A program made the translations under genes and the position numbers. DNA of 63,575 nucleotides, counting the filler, from Octopus bimaculoides (Eukaryota): assembly GCF_001194135.2 (NCBI RefSeq). It is 8 parts of 8 records of this genome, joined end to end, with 100 filler letters (N's around TTAATTAATTAA, not from the genome) between each part and the next. Parts side by side here need not be neighbours in the genome. Positions count along the whole stretch, not along the records: positions 39,449 to 46,159 come from NC_068983.1; positions 46,260 to 56,539 come from NC_069000.1; 6 more parts are not named here. One strand, written 5' to 3'. This document shows positions 41,825 through 54,110 of the stretch, one piece after another (position 1 is the stretch's first letter; every line of letters begins with the position of its first letter). The notes beneath the pieces were generated by a model, which did no database searches, was not told where the DNA came from, and saw only the letters and a program-made list of their open reading frames with translations.

Positions 41825-42038
41825 TCTTTTCTACTATAGGCATAAGGCCTGAAATTTGGGGGAGGGGACTAATTAATTACATTGACCTCAGTACTCAACT
41901 GGTACCTCATTTATTAACCCTGAAAGGATGAAAGGCAAAGCTGCCCCTGGCAGAATTTGAACCCAGAACTTAAGGATGGACAAAATGCTGCTAAACATAT
42001 TGCCTGGCACACTAATGATTCTGCCAGCTTGCTGTCTC

Positions 42039-42040
<2 letters not shown>
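41825..42040 (-). mobile_element. Type A tRNA-SINE
   Basis: Matches the family consensus; (AAT)n on the flank. Confidence 0.85.
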
Positions 42041-42078
<38 letters not shown>

Positions 42079-42166
42079 TGAACTTCTAACTTGTTGTCTC
42101 TTGAGGTCTCTGGGTGAGACTTGGATCCAACTTGTACAAATGCAAAACAAAAGTCAAACATAAAAT

Positions 42167-42200
<34 letters not shown>

Positions 42201-42210
42201 GTAGTAATAA

Positions 42211-43930
42211 AAAACTTGACAGCTCTCCACAGGAGAATTGTGAAGCAGCTGGACAAAATACTGAATACTGGTAGTCAAGAACTGTGCTGGATGACAAAAG
42301 GAAGAATGGTACATGCCAGAAGGACCCAAGTAAAGGGAATGCAGTTGGAAATTTCCAACCAGTATCTTGTTTGCCATTGAAGGGGAAACTGATGATGGGC
42401 ATCATATCAAACAGCACCTATAAGTATCTGGATAAGAATGATCTACTACCAGTGGAATAAAAAGGGCGTAGACGTAAGAGCAGAGGAATGGAGGATCAGT
42501 TACTAATCCATAAGACTATCCTGGCTGACTGCAAGAAGAGACACAAAAATTTGGCAATGACATGGGTGGACTAGAGGAAAGCATATGACATGGTCCTACA
42601 CTCATGGATTATTGAATGCCTTAAACTGCTTAAGGTCTCACACAATATCTTGAAGCTAATTCAAAACACTTTGATGACATGACGAACTGAACTCACAGCA
42701 TGGGGAGATAAGCTGGGAGAGGTAAATATCAAAAGAGGAATCTTTCAAGGGGACAGTCTGTTGCCTCTCCTATTTGTTGTCTGTATACTGCCACTAACGA
42801 ATGTTTTAAGAGAGATGCATGTGGGGTACATGCTAGGCAGGGTGAAAGTAAACAAATTGTGGTTTATGAATGACCTAAAGTTATTTGCTAAGACTGAGAA
42901 AGAAATTGAGAGTTTGACAGCAACAGTGCAGATGATTAGCAAAGATATTGGCATGGAATTTGAGATCGAGAAATGTGGTGTAAGGATTCTCAAAAAGGGG
43001 AAAATCAGTAAAAGCCATCGGATCAAGCTGGAAAGTGGTGAAAAGTCAGAGAGGAAGGATATATGTACCTGAGCATCATTGAAAGAGATAAGATGAATGA
43101 ACACAAGATGAAAGAAATGTACAGGAAAGAGTATTTGAGGAGAACTCGGCTTGTGCTCCAATCAAAACTAAATGGCCATAATAAGATTAGAGCAATTAAC
43201 ATGTGGGCAGTTGCTTTCATGAGATATGGGGCAGGAATAGTATCTTGGAAGAAGCATAAATTACAAGAAATAGACTGGAGAACACGTAAATTAATGACAA
43301 TGAACTAGGAACTACACCCCAAGAACAATGTGTCAAGAGGAGGGAGGGAGGACAGGGATTAGTGTGTTGTGATGGTCGTGTAAGGGAAGAAGAGAATAGC
43401 CTGGCTTGGTATGTCAAGGGGAGTAAAGAAGAAATGATTGAAGCAGTGAACAAAGCTGTAGATCCAATACAATTTTAGAAAGACCAGAGGGAGCAGATGA
43501 AGAAAATTTGGCAGACAAGAAAATGCACAGTCATTTCCTGAAGAATAAAGATGAGATTGATTGGAATAGAACCTGGCAATGGCTGCAGAAAGGAGACTTA
43601 AAAGGGCATTAGTATGCAGCACTCAAGAACAAGCTCTCAGAACAAACTACTCCAAATATCATATTGATAAAAACACTGACTTGTCACAGTGTAGGATGTG
43701 CTCTGAGAAGGGAGAAAGTATAGGCCATATTGTTAATGAGTGTTGCAAGCTCACGCAATGAAAATACAATGTGGCCAGATACGCCCATTGCCTGTTGTGT
43801 GGTAAAGCAAGCCTCGAGAGAGCTGAACAATGGTATGAACACAAGCCAGAGGGAGTAATGGAAAACAAACATTACAAAATATTCTGGGATTTTAGCATGC
43901 AGTGTGACCAAGTCATAGAGGCGAGATGAG
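42211..43930 (+). mobile_element. R4/Dong-like non-LTR retrotransposon, second family, truncated at the 3' end by a SINE
   Basis: RGIFQGDSLLPLLFVVCILPL; FMNDLKLFAK; INMWAVAFMRYGAG; CRMCSEKGESIGHIVNECCKL; ILWDF. Confidence 0.9.
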
Positions 43931-44979
43931 AGGCCTGAAATTTGGGGGAGGAGGCCAGTCAATTGGATCGACCCCAGTATGCAACTGGTACTTAATTTAT
44001 TGACCCTGAAAAGATGAAAGGCAAAGTCGACTTCAGTGGAATAAATTTCTCATATGAATATCGTAAAATTTATGCTTTTGATTTTGTTCCATAATTAATG
44101 TTACATAGCTAGACAGGAGCAGAATAATAACAAATGAATATAAAAGGTTTGATTAAGCAGACAACAACGAATTGCACTAGAGCACATGCACTAAGTAAGT
44201 GATGATAGAATAAAACGGCAGTTTAGTAATAAAATGCTACACTTTTGATTATTTCCATCTTCATTAACAAATATCCTTTCTGATGATGTTACTACTACTT
44301 TAACAATTACTAATATAACTGTTAAAGTACTTACATGTGTGTGTGAGCAATTACCTGTCTATAGCAGTTCTTTTCCTCTACTCTCACCACTACCATCTTC
44401 CCTCTGGTAAATATAATCCTCACCTGTCTGTCTGCCTCTTCTTAAAGCTGTACTTTTAATCTTAGCTTTACTCAAATGATTTAGTTTGTGAATTTTTAGA
44501 AACCCTTTGTGATGATAGACCAACTAAAATGTATTTTGGTTCAACTTTTAATGAAATCACATCAGCCCCAGTCTCTATATCTTTTATCTGAAATAATGTA
44601 ATGTCAAACATTTAAAAACATACTAGATTTTGATGTTATTAAGATCTTGAATCATAATCACAGTTGACTAATTGACTAGTATTCTGAAACAAAATTTTGA
44701 TCTGAAAGAGGAGTGCTATATTTTCAATTTTCCTTATAATCTCAGGATTGCTGATTCATGTGCTATCTCATTTTGGAGTATGCACATTTCATTTCATACT
44801 GAGTGTTATGCTGTTTTACAAAGAGTGTTGAAGATTAAACATTCTAGACTTACATTAAGAACTATTTTATGTTAAAATTCCAAGTCAATCAGAGTCTGGT
44901 ATCAAGACTTTCATGAATTTGCTTCTCATGTGGGACCATTACATTATAATGGATCATTTCAATATGTATAATATTAATT

Positions 44980-45170
44980 TCAAATCTTGGCACAAGGCCA
45001 GCAATTTCAGGGTAGAAAATAAGTACCAAGACTCAACTGGTACTTATTTTATCGGCCCTGAAAGGATGAAAGGCAAAGTCAACCTCAGCAGAATTTGAAC
45101 TGAGAACATAAAGATGGAAGAAACGCTGCTAAGCATTTTGCCCTGCATGCTAATGATTCTGCCAGCTTAC
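44980..45170 (-). mobile_element. Type A tRNA-SINE
   Basis: Matches the family consensus. Confidence 0.8.
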
Positions 45171-45491
45171 AGTATGTATAATATTGATATGCTAGGGTAT
45201 GTATGTATGTTATACTGTGGAATGGTTAGTTGCAGGCAGAGACAATGTGAGAGGATAAGACAGAGAAGAGTGTTTTACAGAGAGGAATGCGATAGTGATG
45301 AGAGGTAGGAGAAAGGAACACTGTAATGTTAAAAATTTAAGTTTATAAATTTTCTTTATGCAACATGGCCTTCAGCTTTTGTATAAAATATAATAAAAAA
45401 AACTTTCATTCAGCCAATATATGAAGAGCACACGGCAAATGTGATGTAGCGGCCAGCTGAACAAACCATGACTAGCTCAACTTTTAACTAA

Positions 45492-45710
45492 CCATTTAGC
45501 ATTCAGATTAATCTGTCAACTGTAATGCTTATTTAGCACATTGTTTTGAATTAATCATACTTTATCTTGTAGCATTGAGATTTTGATGATGTGAGTGTTT
45601 ATTTTTACAATGCCATTATAGGGAAGGTGAGAGAGCCTGGATCTGTCCAGTTTGAACACAAAATAGGTAGAATATTTTGGCTGGATATGGCCGGTTTAAA
45701 TGCTAAAGCA
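45492..45710. mobile_element. Probable piggyBac-like MITE
   Basis: Imperfect terminal inverted repeats CCATTTAGCATT and AATGCTAAAGCA, flanked by CTAA and TTAA; no coding capacity. Confidence 0.6.
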
Positions 45711-45819
45711 TTAAATAGATAGAAAGTGTTGATATGGGAATAAAGCAATTTGATCAGAATACAAAAATACCTATATTGCTTACATATACATATGAAATTA
45801 ATATACTGAAAGTACTTAC

Positions 45820-45988
45820 TCTACACAGTGAGCTGCAGTAAGCACATATCTTTTGTTGATCAATGAGGCAGTGCAAACAAAACTGGATCCTCTGAGTAAC
45901 ACCACAACCCATGGATATTCACCATCTAAAGCATCTTGTCCATTCTGAACGTTGGGTTCAAATAAATCTCGTTTTCGAGTACCACAAA
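45820..45988 (-). CDS. Peptidase S1 (trypsin/chymotrypsin-like serine protease) exon with pro-peptide Cys, mature N-terminus and catalytic His
   Basis: gcgtgttttcag acceptor, GA|gtaagt donor; CGTRKRDLFEPNVQNGQDALDGEYPWVVVLLRGSSFVCTASLINKRYVLTAAHCV; phase-2 intron just after HC as in trypsin genes. Confidence 0.88.
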
Positions 45989-46679
45989 CTGAAAACACGC
46001 AAAAATATAATAAAAACAAAGATCAAAATCAAGACAATAACTTAAAACCAGAAAAAACTTTTGATTAACAATAACAAAACAAAGACTATCAATTGAAAAC
46101 AAATGCTTCCATAAAGAATGGTAGTTTTACTAATAGAGCACAACTAAAGTTTTTTCATANNNNNNNNNNNNNNNNNNNNNNNNNNNNNNNNNNNNNNNNN
46201 NNNTTAATTAATTAANNNNNNNNNNNNNNNNNNNNNNNNNNNNNNNNNNNNNNNNNNNNTTTAATCGACTCACTCCGAAAACTGTTGAAGCCATTATTAT
46301 TATCGTTATTTATAAAATTAACATTTCAACAGACTTCTTGTTATTGTCCACTTTCACTGGAAGACTGAGTTGTATATGTGTATGTTGTGGGTATGTACAT
46401 TATTTTTGTTTTGGGTATATTTTAGTGATACTAGAACTATACACACACGCACACACACACACTCACACACACACACACATACATACATATACACATATAT
46501 ATATATATATATACACACATACATATATGTACACACACGCACATATATATATATATATACACACACATACATACATATATACATACATATATATGCCCGT
46601 GTGTGTGTATACGTATGTATGTGTGTATATGTAAGCATGTATGTATGTATGTATGTATGTATGTATGTGTATGTATGTA

Positions 46680-46960
46680 TATGCCTGCCTCTCCTTTTAT
46701 CATTCCCAAGGCATCTATTGTTGTTTGGGATTGTTCCAGTTTGCAATCCCCACATTCTGGATATTTCTATTTCCAGGACTTTATATTTGGATAGTTTTTC
46801 CATTATATTATTATTAATAAAGATATTCATATTACTGTTGTTGTTGTTGGTGGTGTTGTTTATATTATTATCATTATTATCATTATTTTCATTATCATCT
46901 TTCAATTCAGTTTCCATTTCTTGCCGAGTGTCTTCCTGACTCCTAAGGCAAAGAAACGCA
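46680..46960 (-). mobile_element. R4/Dong-like endonuclease and 3'-end fragments
   Basis: EKLSKYKVLEIEISRMWGLQTGTIP. Confidence 0.7.
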
Positions 46961-47107
46961 CTGTATACATCGGTAGGGCATTAAAATAAACACCCCAGAT
47001 TGTTCATTTACAAAGTCATGTGATAGGAAACAAGGGGAAGAATGACAGAGAATAAGAAAAACAATGTAAGCAAAAAAAAATAAAGGTTAAAAAAAAAAGA
47101 AAATTCA

Positions 47108-48616
47108 GTGACAATGCTCTTCTCAATACGTGTGACGTACCAGTTGAGACAATCTTTTGCACTTCCTGCATGGATGGTAAGCTAGGGATCATTCTTAAAT
47201 AATTTTCAGCTCCTTATTTTGATCATTCCAAATGCTCCTACAATCACTGGTATTGTAACCGTCTTGAGATGCCACATCTTTTCGATTTCGATTAGCAAAT
47301 CTTATATATTTCCTGAGGTTATCAAATTCTTTTGCCGATGTATTATGGTCACAAGGTATGCTCATGTCAATAAATAAACAAACTTTATTGTTTTTGTCTT
47401 TCACAACAATATCTAGTTTATTTGCTTTGATGGTCAGGTCTATACATACTGGAAAGTTCCAAAGAATCGTTACATTTTCTCCCTTAGTTACAGCCTCAGG
47501 GTGGTGCTTGTACCATTTGTCACCAGTTTTGATTTCATAATGCCGACACATAATCCATTGTAGATATTGGCCGACTCTGTCATGCCTTGATTTATACTCT
47601 ACATGTGCTAAAACCTTACAGCCCAGAGATTTAGCTATCCACTGTTTCAATCCCATCGTTGCAGTATCAGCACTTTGGGTCTGCTCCATTTTTCATCACA
47701 TTGGCTTGATAGTTCCGGGTCAATAAGCTCTGATCTTGAGCAGTCAAGATAAAGCTTTCACTTTCTGTCTTTAGCCCTGAACTCCGTAATCACTGGTCTA
47801 CATCAGCTTGTTTCCTACAGGTCACATATTTGCCATGCAGAGGTTTTTGTTCCCACCTATCAGCCAATTGTTCGGACACATTTTGCTTTCCTATTGATTC
47901 CACCTTCTTTGAAACAACAGTTGTTGCACTTCCATCATGCTGTTCAACCTGAGTATTATGCATAAACTCACTAGCAAATTTTTTGCTCTCCTTCATAACA
48001 GAATGAAGCTTCTTACGTCTCTCGTGGTTTTCAACGAGTTTTAGATGTTTCAAGATATTTTATTAGTCCAACTGTGGTGGTTTACGCCTCGACCACGTGT
48101 TCTGGGTAGGTAAAGACGATCTGCGTCTATCTTTGGATGCTGCATCTTATTGCAAGTCAGCAGCTTACAGATTTTCCTGTCAATCTTCCTTATTTCGCTC
48201 ATATGCCTGTTCAACACATTGAAACTGTAAATAACAACCGGGACTGCTAAGGAATTTATAGCTAACACCTTGTTACGTGCATTTAACTCGGATCTTAGGA
48301 CCGCTCTCCTGTAACATTCCTTCCTGATCTCTTTCATATTTGCATGTTGAATGCCAGAGCTCTCATTTATTCCGAGGTACCTGTAAGTTTGTTCAACGGT
48401 TATTCTCTCTTTCTCTGTAGAAACTTTTTGCATTGAACGTGAACAGCTTATTCTGCTTGTAAAACTTGTTTCTCTTCTCAAATCGTATTCTTTGAGCTTT
48501 TGCTTGGACTTTTTGTTACAGTGTTTGTTTTGTTGAAATCAGTTCTTCTCTCTATGAGAATCTTATGTTCTCTCTTCATCTTTCTTCCTTTTCTGGATTT
48601 TGCATCGTTTCCACAG

Positions 48617-48618
<2 letters not shown>
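47108..48618 (-). mobile_element. R4/Dong-like non-LTR retrotransposon, decayed
   Basis: INSLAVPVVIYSF; QKPLHGKY; YKSRHDRVGQY; ILWNFPV...NKLDIVV...IDMSIP. Confidence 0.9.
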
Positions 48619-48669
<51 letters not shown>

Positions 48670-48870
48670 AGCTCGCAGAGTCGCTACCATACCGGACAAA
48701 ATACTTAGCGGCATTTCGTTCGTTTTTGCGAACTGAGTTTCGCCGAGGTTGACTTTGCCTTTCATCCTCCCGGGTCGATTAAATGAGTACCAACTGAACA
48801 CTGGGGTCGATATTATCAACTTATCCCCTCCGAAACTGCTATCCTTGTGCCAAAATCTGAAAACATTATT
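48670..48870 (+). mobile_element. Type A tRNA-SINE
   Basis: Matches the family consensus. Confidence 0.8.
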
Positions 48871-49399
48871 ATAGTTATTACTGTTGTTGTTCTTCTTGTT
48901 GTTGTACATGAACGTTTCCATGAACAAACATTTCCGCTGAACTACAAAGGAATTTCATCTGGGTTCTCTTATATACATATCCGCGTGTACGTGAGTGTCC
49001 TTTAGTGCATCACTCTTTGTAAATTTGCTTCTGAAGGCAAAGGCACATCTGAATTTAGCGTTGCTTTCGCAAGATACTGCTATCGCCATGACCTCTAGGT
49101 TGATAGCTGATGAAGAGCATCTTCTGTTTTTGTTTTGCCTTCTGTTTCTTATATGTTTGCACTGCTTTCTTGGCCTGTTTTACTTCAGTTTGAACACTGA
49201 CAAACGAAGTAATTTTCTTTTACTTTCTCTCCCTTTCCTTCACTCTCTCCTGCTCTACACTGATTTCACTCTGATTCTCTACTCCATACCATTCCTTCCC
49301 AAAATGTATGCCTGGCTCTCCCTACCTCTTCCCGTGTATATTTACATCTTAATCAACCTAATACGGCTGTAGATTCCACTGCTTTTTTCTATCTCTACT

Positions 49400-50450
49400 A
49401 CTTTTGCATTCACTGACCATTCATTGTTTGACGCTTTCTAATTTCCCATTCGCCTTAGAAAAGCTATTACAGAATGGTTCGCTATTCAGTCGCACAAGAT
49501 GCTCTATCCTGCGCATTTAGCTGGTGAGGATTTCTCATTCAGTTGCGAGACAGCTCGTGAGATTACCTCAGAGTCAGGTGTTAGTCGGCCATTTAATACT
49601 ATGTGACACAGACACTTGTAGGGGAATCTGTCAAACATCTTGAAAGGTCGACTGTACGTTGTCAACATGTCAAAGGATACAGAAAGAGCAAGCGATCATA
49701 AATCACATACGCACTGATTTCCGCTTACCAAAGACTGGACAGGCTTTTTTAATTTGTGAGTGAAACATCAGCATCTATGAGTCCACCTCTTGCCAATATA
49801 CCCTCTAGATATAAAAATATGTCCAGAGCCTTCAATTTTGTGCCATTTACGAAAACTTTTCGTTTAATATAGCGCTCAGTTGACGTCATTGCCAATATTA
49901 CCATTGTATTCTCTAAGCTTATTGTGTGACCAAAAGCAATACGTGCAGCCGAGAATCAGGCCATTGTGAGCTGCATGTTATTTCCAGTAGGAGCAACAAA
50001 ATCAACATTATCTACAAAAGCAGTTCTAGAATAAAAGTTTTGAATGTCTAAGACCTGCAGCTGAATCACCCCTATGCTCTTATTCTAAATTTCAGATGGA
50101 TATCAATTTTATGAACATATTTTATCGAAGAAAAGATTAAGTAAGAAATGCAGCAAATATACAGAGAACAAAGCAGGAACGAGGATATCGCCCAGTTTAA
50201 CTCGATTTTCTACTACAATATCATTAGAGTGTGACTTGAGTTTTCCTGTCATGATGTAGTTCTTCAAATATGTTTGCAAAATTGATGAACAACCCAATTA
50301 TCCAAGAACTTTACAGACTGTGTCTCTGTTAAAAGTATCAAGGTTTTTAATGAAGTCAAAAAACAAAAATGTGGATATATAGACACCTGCAGCTCAATAC
50401 ATATTTCTTAAAATTCTCTCGCAGATAATGTTCACAGGACCCTATCTGAT
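49400..50450 (-). mobile_element. RTE (BovB-like) reverse transcriptase, heavily decayed
   Basis: RVKLGDILVPALF resembles GVKQGCVLAPTLF; ELLFVDNVDFVAP resembles the LLFADD motif; FLYLEG resembles the YLG motif. Confidence 0.75.
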
Positions 50451-50665
50451 CTGAAAAATAGATTATGTTTCGATTAGCACTGAAAGACAAATGTCTTTCA
50501 TTAGCCGGTTCAATAGCACCCTAGATAAAGTTTAACTATGGTGTTGTCAAACTTTTATTTGCATTAGGTTTTATGCTCAACGAAAATGGAATATTAAACC
50601 ATACAACATTGCTTCTCTCATTCTTCTGAGAACATTCTGATTGCCTGGATAGAAATTATTGTTAC

Positions 50666-50695
50666 CGAGATAACATCCGGGGACTGTCTTTTGGG
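50666..50695 (-). CDS. Candidate 30-nt exon (phase 1-1) upstream of the protease exon
   Basis: tattattttaatctttcag acceptor, CG|gtaaca donor; xQKTVPGCYL plus G|TT (Val) joins in frame to CGTRKR; an assembly join (46160-46259) lies between. Confidence 0.5.
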
Positions 50696-50999
50696 CTGAA
50701 AGATTAAAATAATAGCAAAGTAGTCAAGTTAATAATTACAATCTAATATACATGCATTATGAATATATATATTCATTATATATACATTTTACTTGTTTTC
50801 CTGAGTTTAGTTTTTCTTACGTTTGTGTATATTTATTCTATGTATTTATTTATAGCAAATATTTAATGTCCTTACATATATAATATAAACATCTTGCTTC
50901 ATCCCTTCCCCTTTGTTTATGTAATTGTATTTGTATAACTCCATACGCTCTAGAAACTGTTTTCGTAGCAGTTGTAGGTATGTATATGTTGTGTTTATA

Positions 51000-51775
51000 T
51001 TGGGTCATCCCATAAATAATGCGGTTTTTTGTCAATTGAATGAACTAAAAGTCAGTGAGGGACGGGATACAGTACCTGCATCAACTTGCTATAAAAGCAG
51101 GTAGTAATTTTACCTGGGCCTTATTCTTAGTGCAAGTTTAGAAGAGTGCAGTTCGATTTTAACAATTATTTTTTTCAAAGCTATAATGGAAGTGACAAAG
51201 GAGCATATTCGGCATATTTTGCTTTATGAGTTCAATAAAAGCAACAACGCAACGGAAAGTGCGAGGAATATTAACGCAGTGTATGAGGATCGAACAATAA
51301 GTGTAAGCTAGTGTCAATGGTGGTTTCAGAAATTCCGAGCCGGAAACTTAAGCCTCGAAGACGAGCCTCGTTCTGGAAGATCTGTAGAGCTCGACGAGGA
51401 CGTCTTGCAAACCCTGGTGGAACAAAATAACCTCGTAACTGTTGAGAAACTAGCAGAGAAGCTTTGATTTGGTCATTCAACACCGACACCTGCAAATTAA
51501 GTCAAAAGGTTCCTCACAAACTTTTCGTGTCTAATCGCATCCAGAGAATGAACGTGTGCTCTTCTTTGCTGTCACGTCTCACGAATGAACTGTTTTTGGA
51601 CTGAATGGTGACTGACTGGTGACGAGAAATGGGTTCTCTATAAAAATGTCAAACGTCGAAGACAGTGAGTAGGGAAAGGAGAAACACCGGCACTCCAGGC
51701 TAAAGAAGGTCTTCACCCACGTAAGGTGCTGTTATCTGTTTGGTAGGATATGAAAGGCTTAGTCCACTTTGAATA
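51000..51775 (+). mobile_element. Mariner transposon 5' half (TIR and decayed transposase)
   Basis: TA then TTGGGTCATCCCATAAATAATGCGG; MEVTKEHIRHILLYEFNK...EDEPRSGR...TGDEKWVLY...LHPRKVLLSVW. Confidence 0.9.
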
Positions 51776-51920
51776 TTTTCCCGTTATTTCCCCCCACCTT
51801 TTATGTAAACACTCACACATATATTAAACTGTCCTTATAATCTCCCTGCCTCATTGATGCTCCACTGGCAAATAAATAAAATCATTATTATTATTATTAT
51901 TATTATTTATTATTATTATT

Positions 51921-52421
51921 GAGTGAGAGAGCAGTGCATACCATCAAAGTTACATTGGGATAAAATATACAAAGCCCAGTATACCCATCATGTCTACCCA
52001 TATGTGCGCGACATGGTGATCTCATATCAAGATAAACAGCGCATGACCTTGCAGGTGGGTCCCAGTTAGAATTTTCTTCAAGTTGAGTAGCCCATTCCAT
52101 CAAAAGATCCCAACATCCTTGTTTAAGGATGTTGAAGGAAACACCCATGTTTTCAGAGGTGAATTATTCAAACCCCCAAGAATTCCACTCAGCACATGGC
52201 TATGATGCTCCACCACTACTTATGCTCGTGATCAGAGATGCACATATCGTCAGCCACTAAGGGACATGCTCAACTGGTTAAGGTCAAACAACTGACAGGC
52301 AAGTCTGTGGTATTGAGCAGAATATTTGTTGTAGCTCATCTTTTATACCAAGACAAAAAATATACATGATAATACTTCCAATCAGAAGCCATGAGAGCCA
52401 GTGTCTAGTACTGCATCAGGG

Positions 52422-52422
<1 letters not shown>
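51921..52422. repeat. Unclassified non-coding element of about 500 bp flanked by (ATT)n on both sides
   Basis: Sharp boundaries into ATT tracts, richer in GC than the flanks, no convincing ORF; only one copy in the window, so repeat status is inferred. Confidence 0.45.
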
Positions 52423-52493
<71 letters not shown>

Positions 52494-52554
52494 GAAAACT
52501 CACAGCTTATTTTGCTGAGTATGATGGAAAGTGTCAGCTGTCCACAACCAGCAG

Positions 52555-52881
52555 ACTAAGGTGAGACTTGTTTACTGATCATGCTTCAAGAACCCTGCGA
52601 AGAATTCCTGCAGTTCCAAACAATGCTGATTTTTGTAGGTGTTCTACCTTCACACTTGCTCCAATCTTTTTCAGCCATGCTGGTAGTTGAGTGCTGATAC
52701 TTCCAAGTGCACCAATTACTATAGGTATCACATCTACTCTCTTCATTGACCACAACCTTCGTATTTCCCACTTCAAATTGTCACGGTTGTTTATTTTTTC
52801 TTCTTCTTTCACATTGATCCTGTTGTTACGGGGGCATGCTATGTCGATTATCATACATGTTCTTTCATTTTTATTCACCAT
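52555..52881 (-). mobile_element. R4/Dong-like endonuclease C-terminus, 5'-truncated
   Basis: IIDIACP...KEEEK...LKWEIRRLW...PIVIGALG...LQKSALFGTAGILRRVL. Confidence 0.9.
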
Positions 52882-53005
52882 AAAGAAGAAGAAGAAGAAG
52901 AAGAAGAAGAAGAAGAAGAAGAAGAAGAGGAACAACAACAACAACAAGAACAAGAAGAAGAAGAAGAAGAAGAAGAAGAAGAAGAAGAAGAAGAAGAAGA
53001 AGAAG

Positions 53006-53036
<31 letters not shown>

Positions 53037-53037
<1 letters not shown>

Positions 53038-53226
53038 AACAACATCGAAAAATACTTTAGGAATGAGAACCCAGGTTCGAAATTTCCCCAAGACACCTGA
53101 TGAAGGCTGGAGGTTATATCAGCTGAAACGTTGTGTTAACAACAAACAAGATGAGGAAAAATATCCGTCAATTGTAAATGATGTAAATAATGTACATAAT
53201 TCTTAATCTCTTAAACATAGAACATT
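53037..53226 (+). mobile_element. Penelope-like element terminal repeat (pseudo-LTR) fragment
   Basis: Carries a minimal hammerhead motif of the type known from Penelope-like elements; no flanking PLE ORF seen. Confidence 0.65.
53092..53137 (+). ncRNA. Minimal type I hammerhead ribozyme
   Basis: Stem I GACAC(53092-53096)/GTGTT(53133-53137); core CTGATGA 53097-53103; stem II GGCTG/CAGCT; GAAA 53125-53128; palindromic ACGT stem III; GUU cleavage triplet ending at 53132. Confidence 0.75.
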
Positions 53227-53229
53227 ATA

Positions 53230-53285
<56 letters not shown>

Positions 53286-53289
53286 CTCT

Positions 53290-54110
53290 TCTTTTATCAC
53301 AGGTTTTGTTGGAGCTGCTGGAGTCTTGCATGTGTAGCGGGCTTACTACCTGCAGCCTACAGTACCATGCTATCCATTCTTTTCAGCTATCTAATGCTTT
53401 CCTGATTATTCTGGCCGTGCCAACGATGCAAACCTTTTGTAACAGTTCTACTGGGCACTCTATTCCAATTTCCTTTATATTCCTCTTGATACTTTCCGAT
53501 ACTGTTCCCAAGGACCCACCAATAATTGCTTCTATCTTCACCTTCTTCATTTTCCATAGCCGGGGTTATTTCGTACTTAAGAGGGTTGTACCTATCTATC
53601 TTTTCGCCTTCCTTCTTGACTATTCGTTGGTCAAAGGGGCATGCAACATCCACTATATAGCATATGTGGTGCACCTTGTCCACCACCACTAGGTTCGGTC
53701 TATTATGCTCTCGCACTTGATCTGTTTAAATTGGGAAATCCCAGAGGATTTTGCTAGTGTCCGACTCTGCCACTCTCTGCGGTTTGTGTTCATACCACAT
53801 CTTGCCTCTTTCTTACCCCCCCTCCTTTCGCAGTTTCCATTGTAGCACTTTCGCTACCTGGTCGTGTCGCGACAACTTTTAGTGGTTTTGGGCAAGTCTA
53901 GAGCATTCGTTCGTGATATTGCAAATGCGGCACTCTATAGCAAATGCGGCACAACAGAGAAACTTTCTCATTCCTAAGGTTGACCCTCCAGTTCGTGGCC
54001 AAATCTTGGCCCTGCGCTGCTCTCTGTCTCTTTTTTCAGGGTTCCTTTCATCAGCCAATCCCACCTATTTTTTCCAGCAACTTCTGCTGCGGCTGCATGG
54101 AATTGATTGT
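53290..54110 (-). mobile_element. R4/Dong-like CCHC and endonuclease fragment
   Basis: CRIC...HD; ILWDF; HNRPNLVVVDK...IVDVACPFD...EKIDRY. Confidence 0.88.

Noticed and set aside
44355-44403. 49-nt phase-2 exon giving HCVE-GKMVVVRVEEKN
   Set aside because: Weak pyrimidine tract and low-complexity purine-rich sequence; the resemblance to VVVRLGEHN is probably chance.
44472-44587. Possible next protease exon IKDIETGADVISLKVEPKYILVGLSSQ...
   Set aside because: The acceptor is phase 0 while the strong protease donor is phase 2, which gives an immediate stop. It works only with a weak upstream GTAGAG donor, and no Asp102 motif follows.
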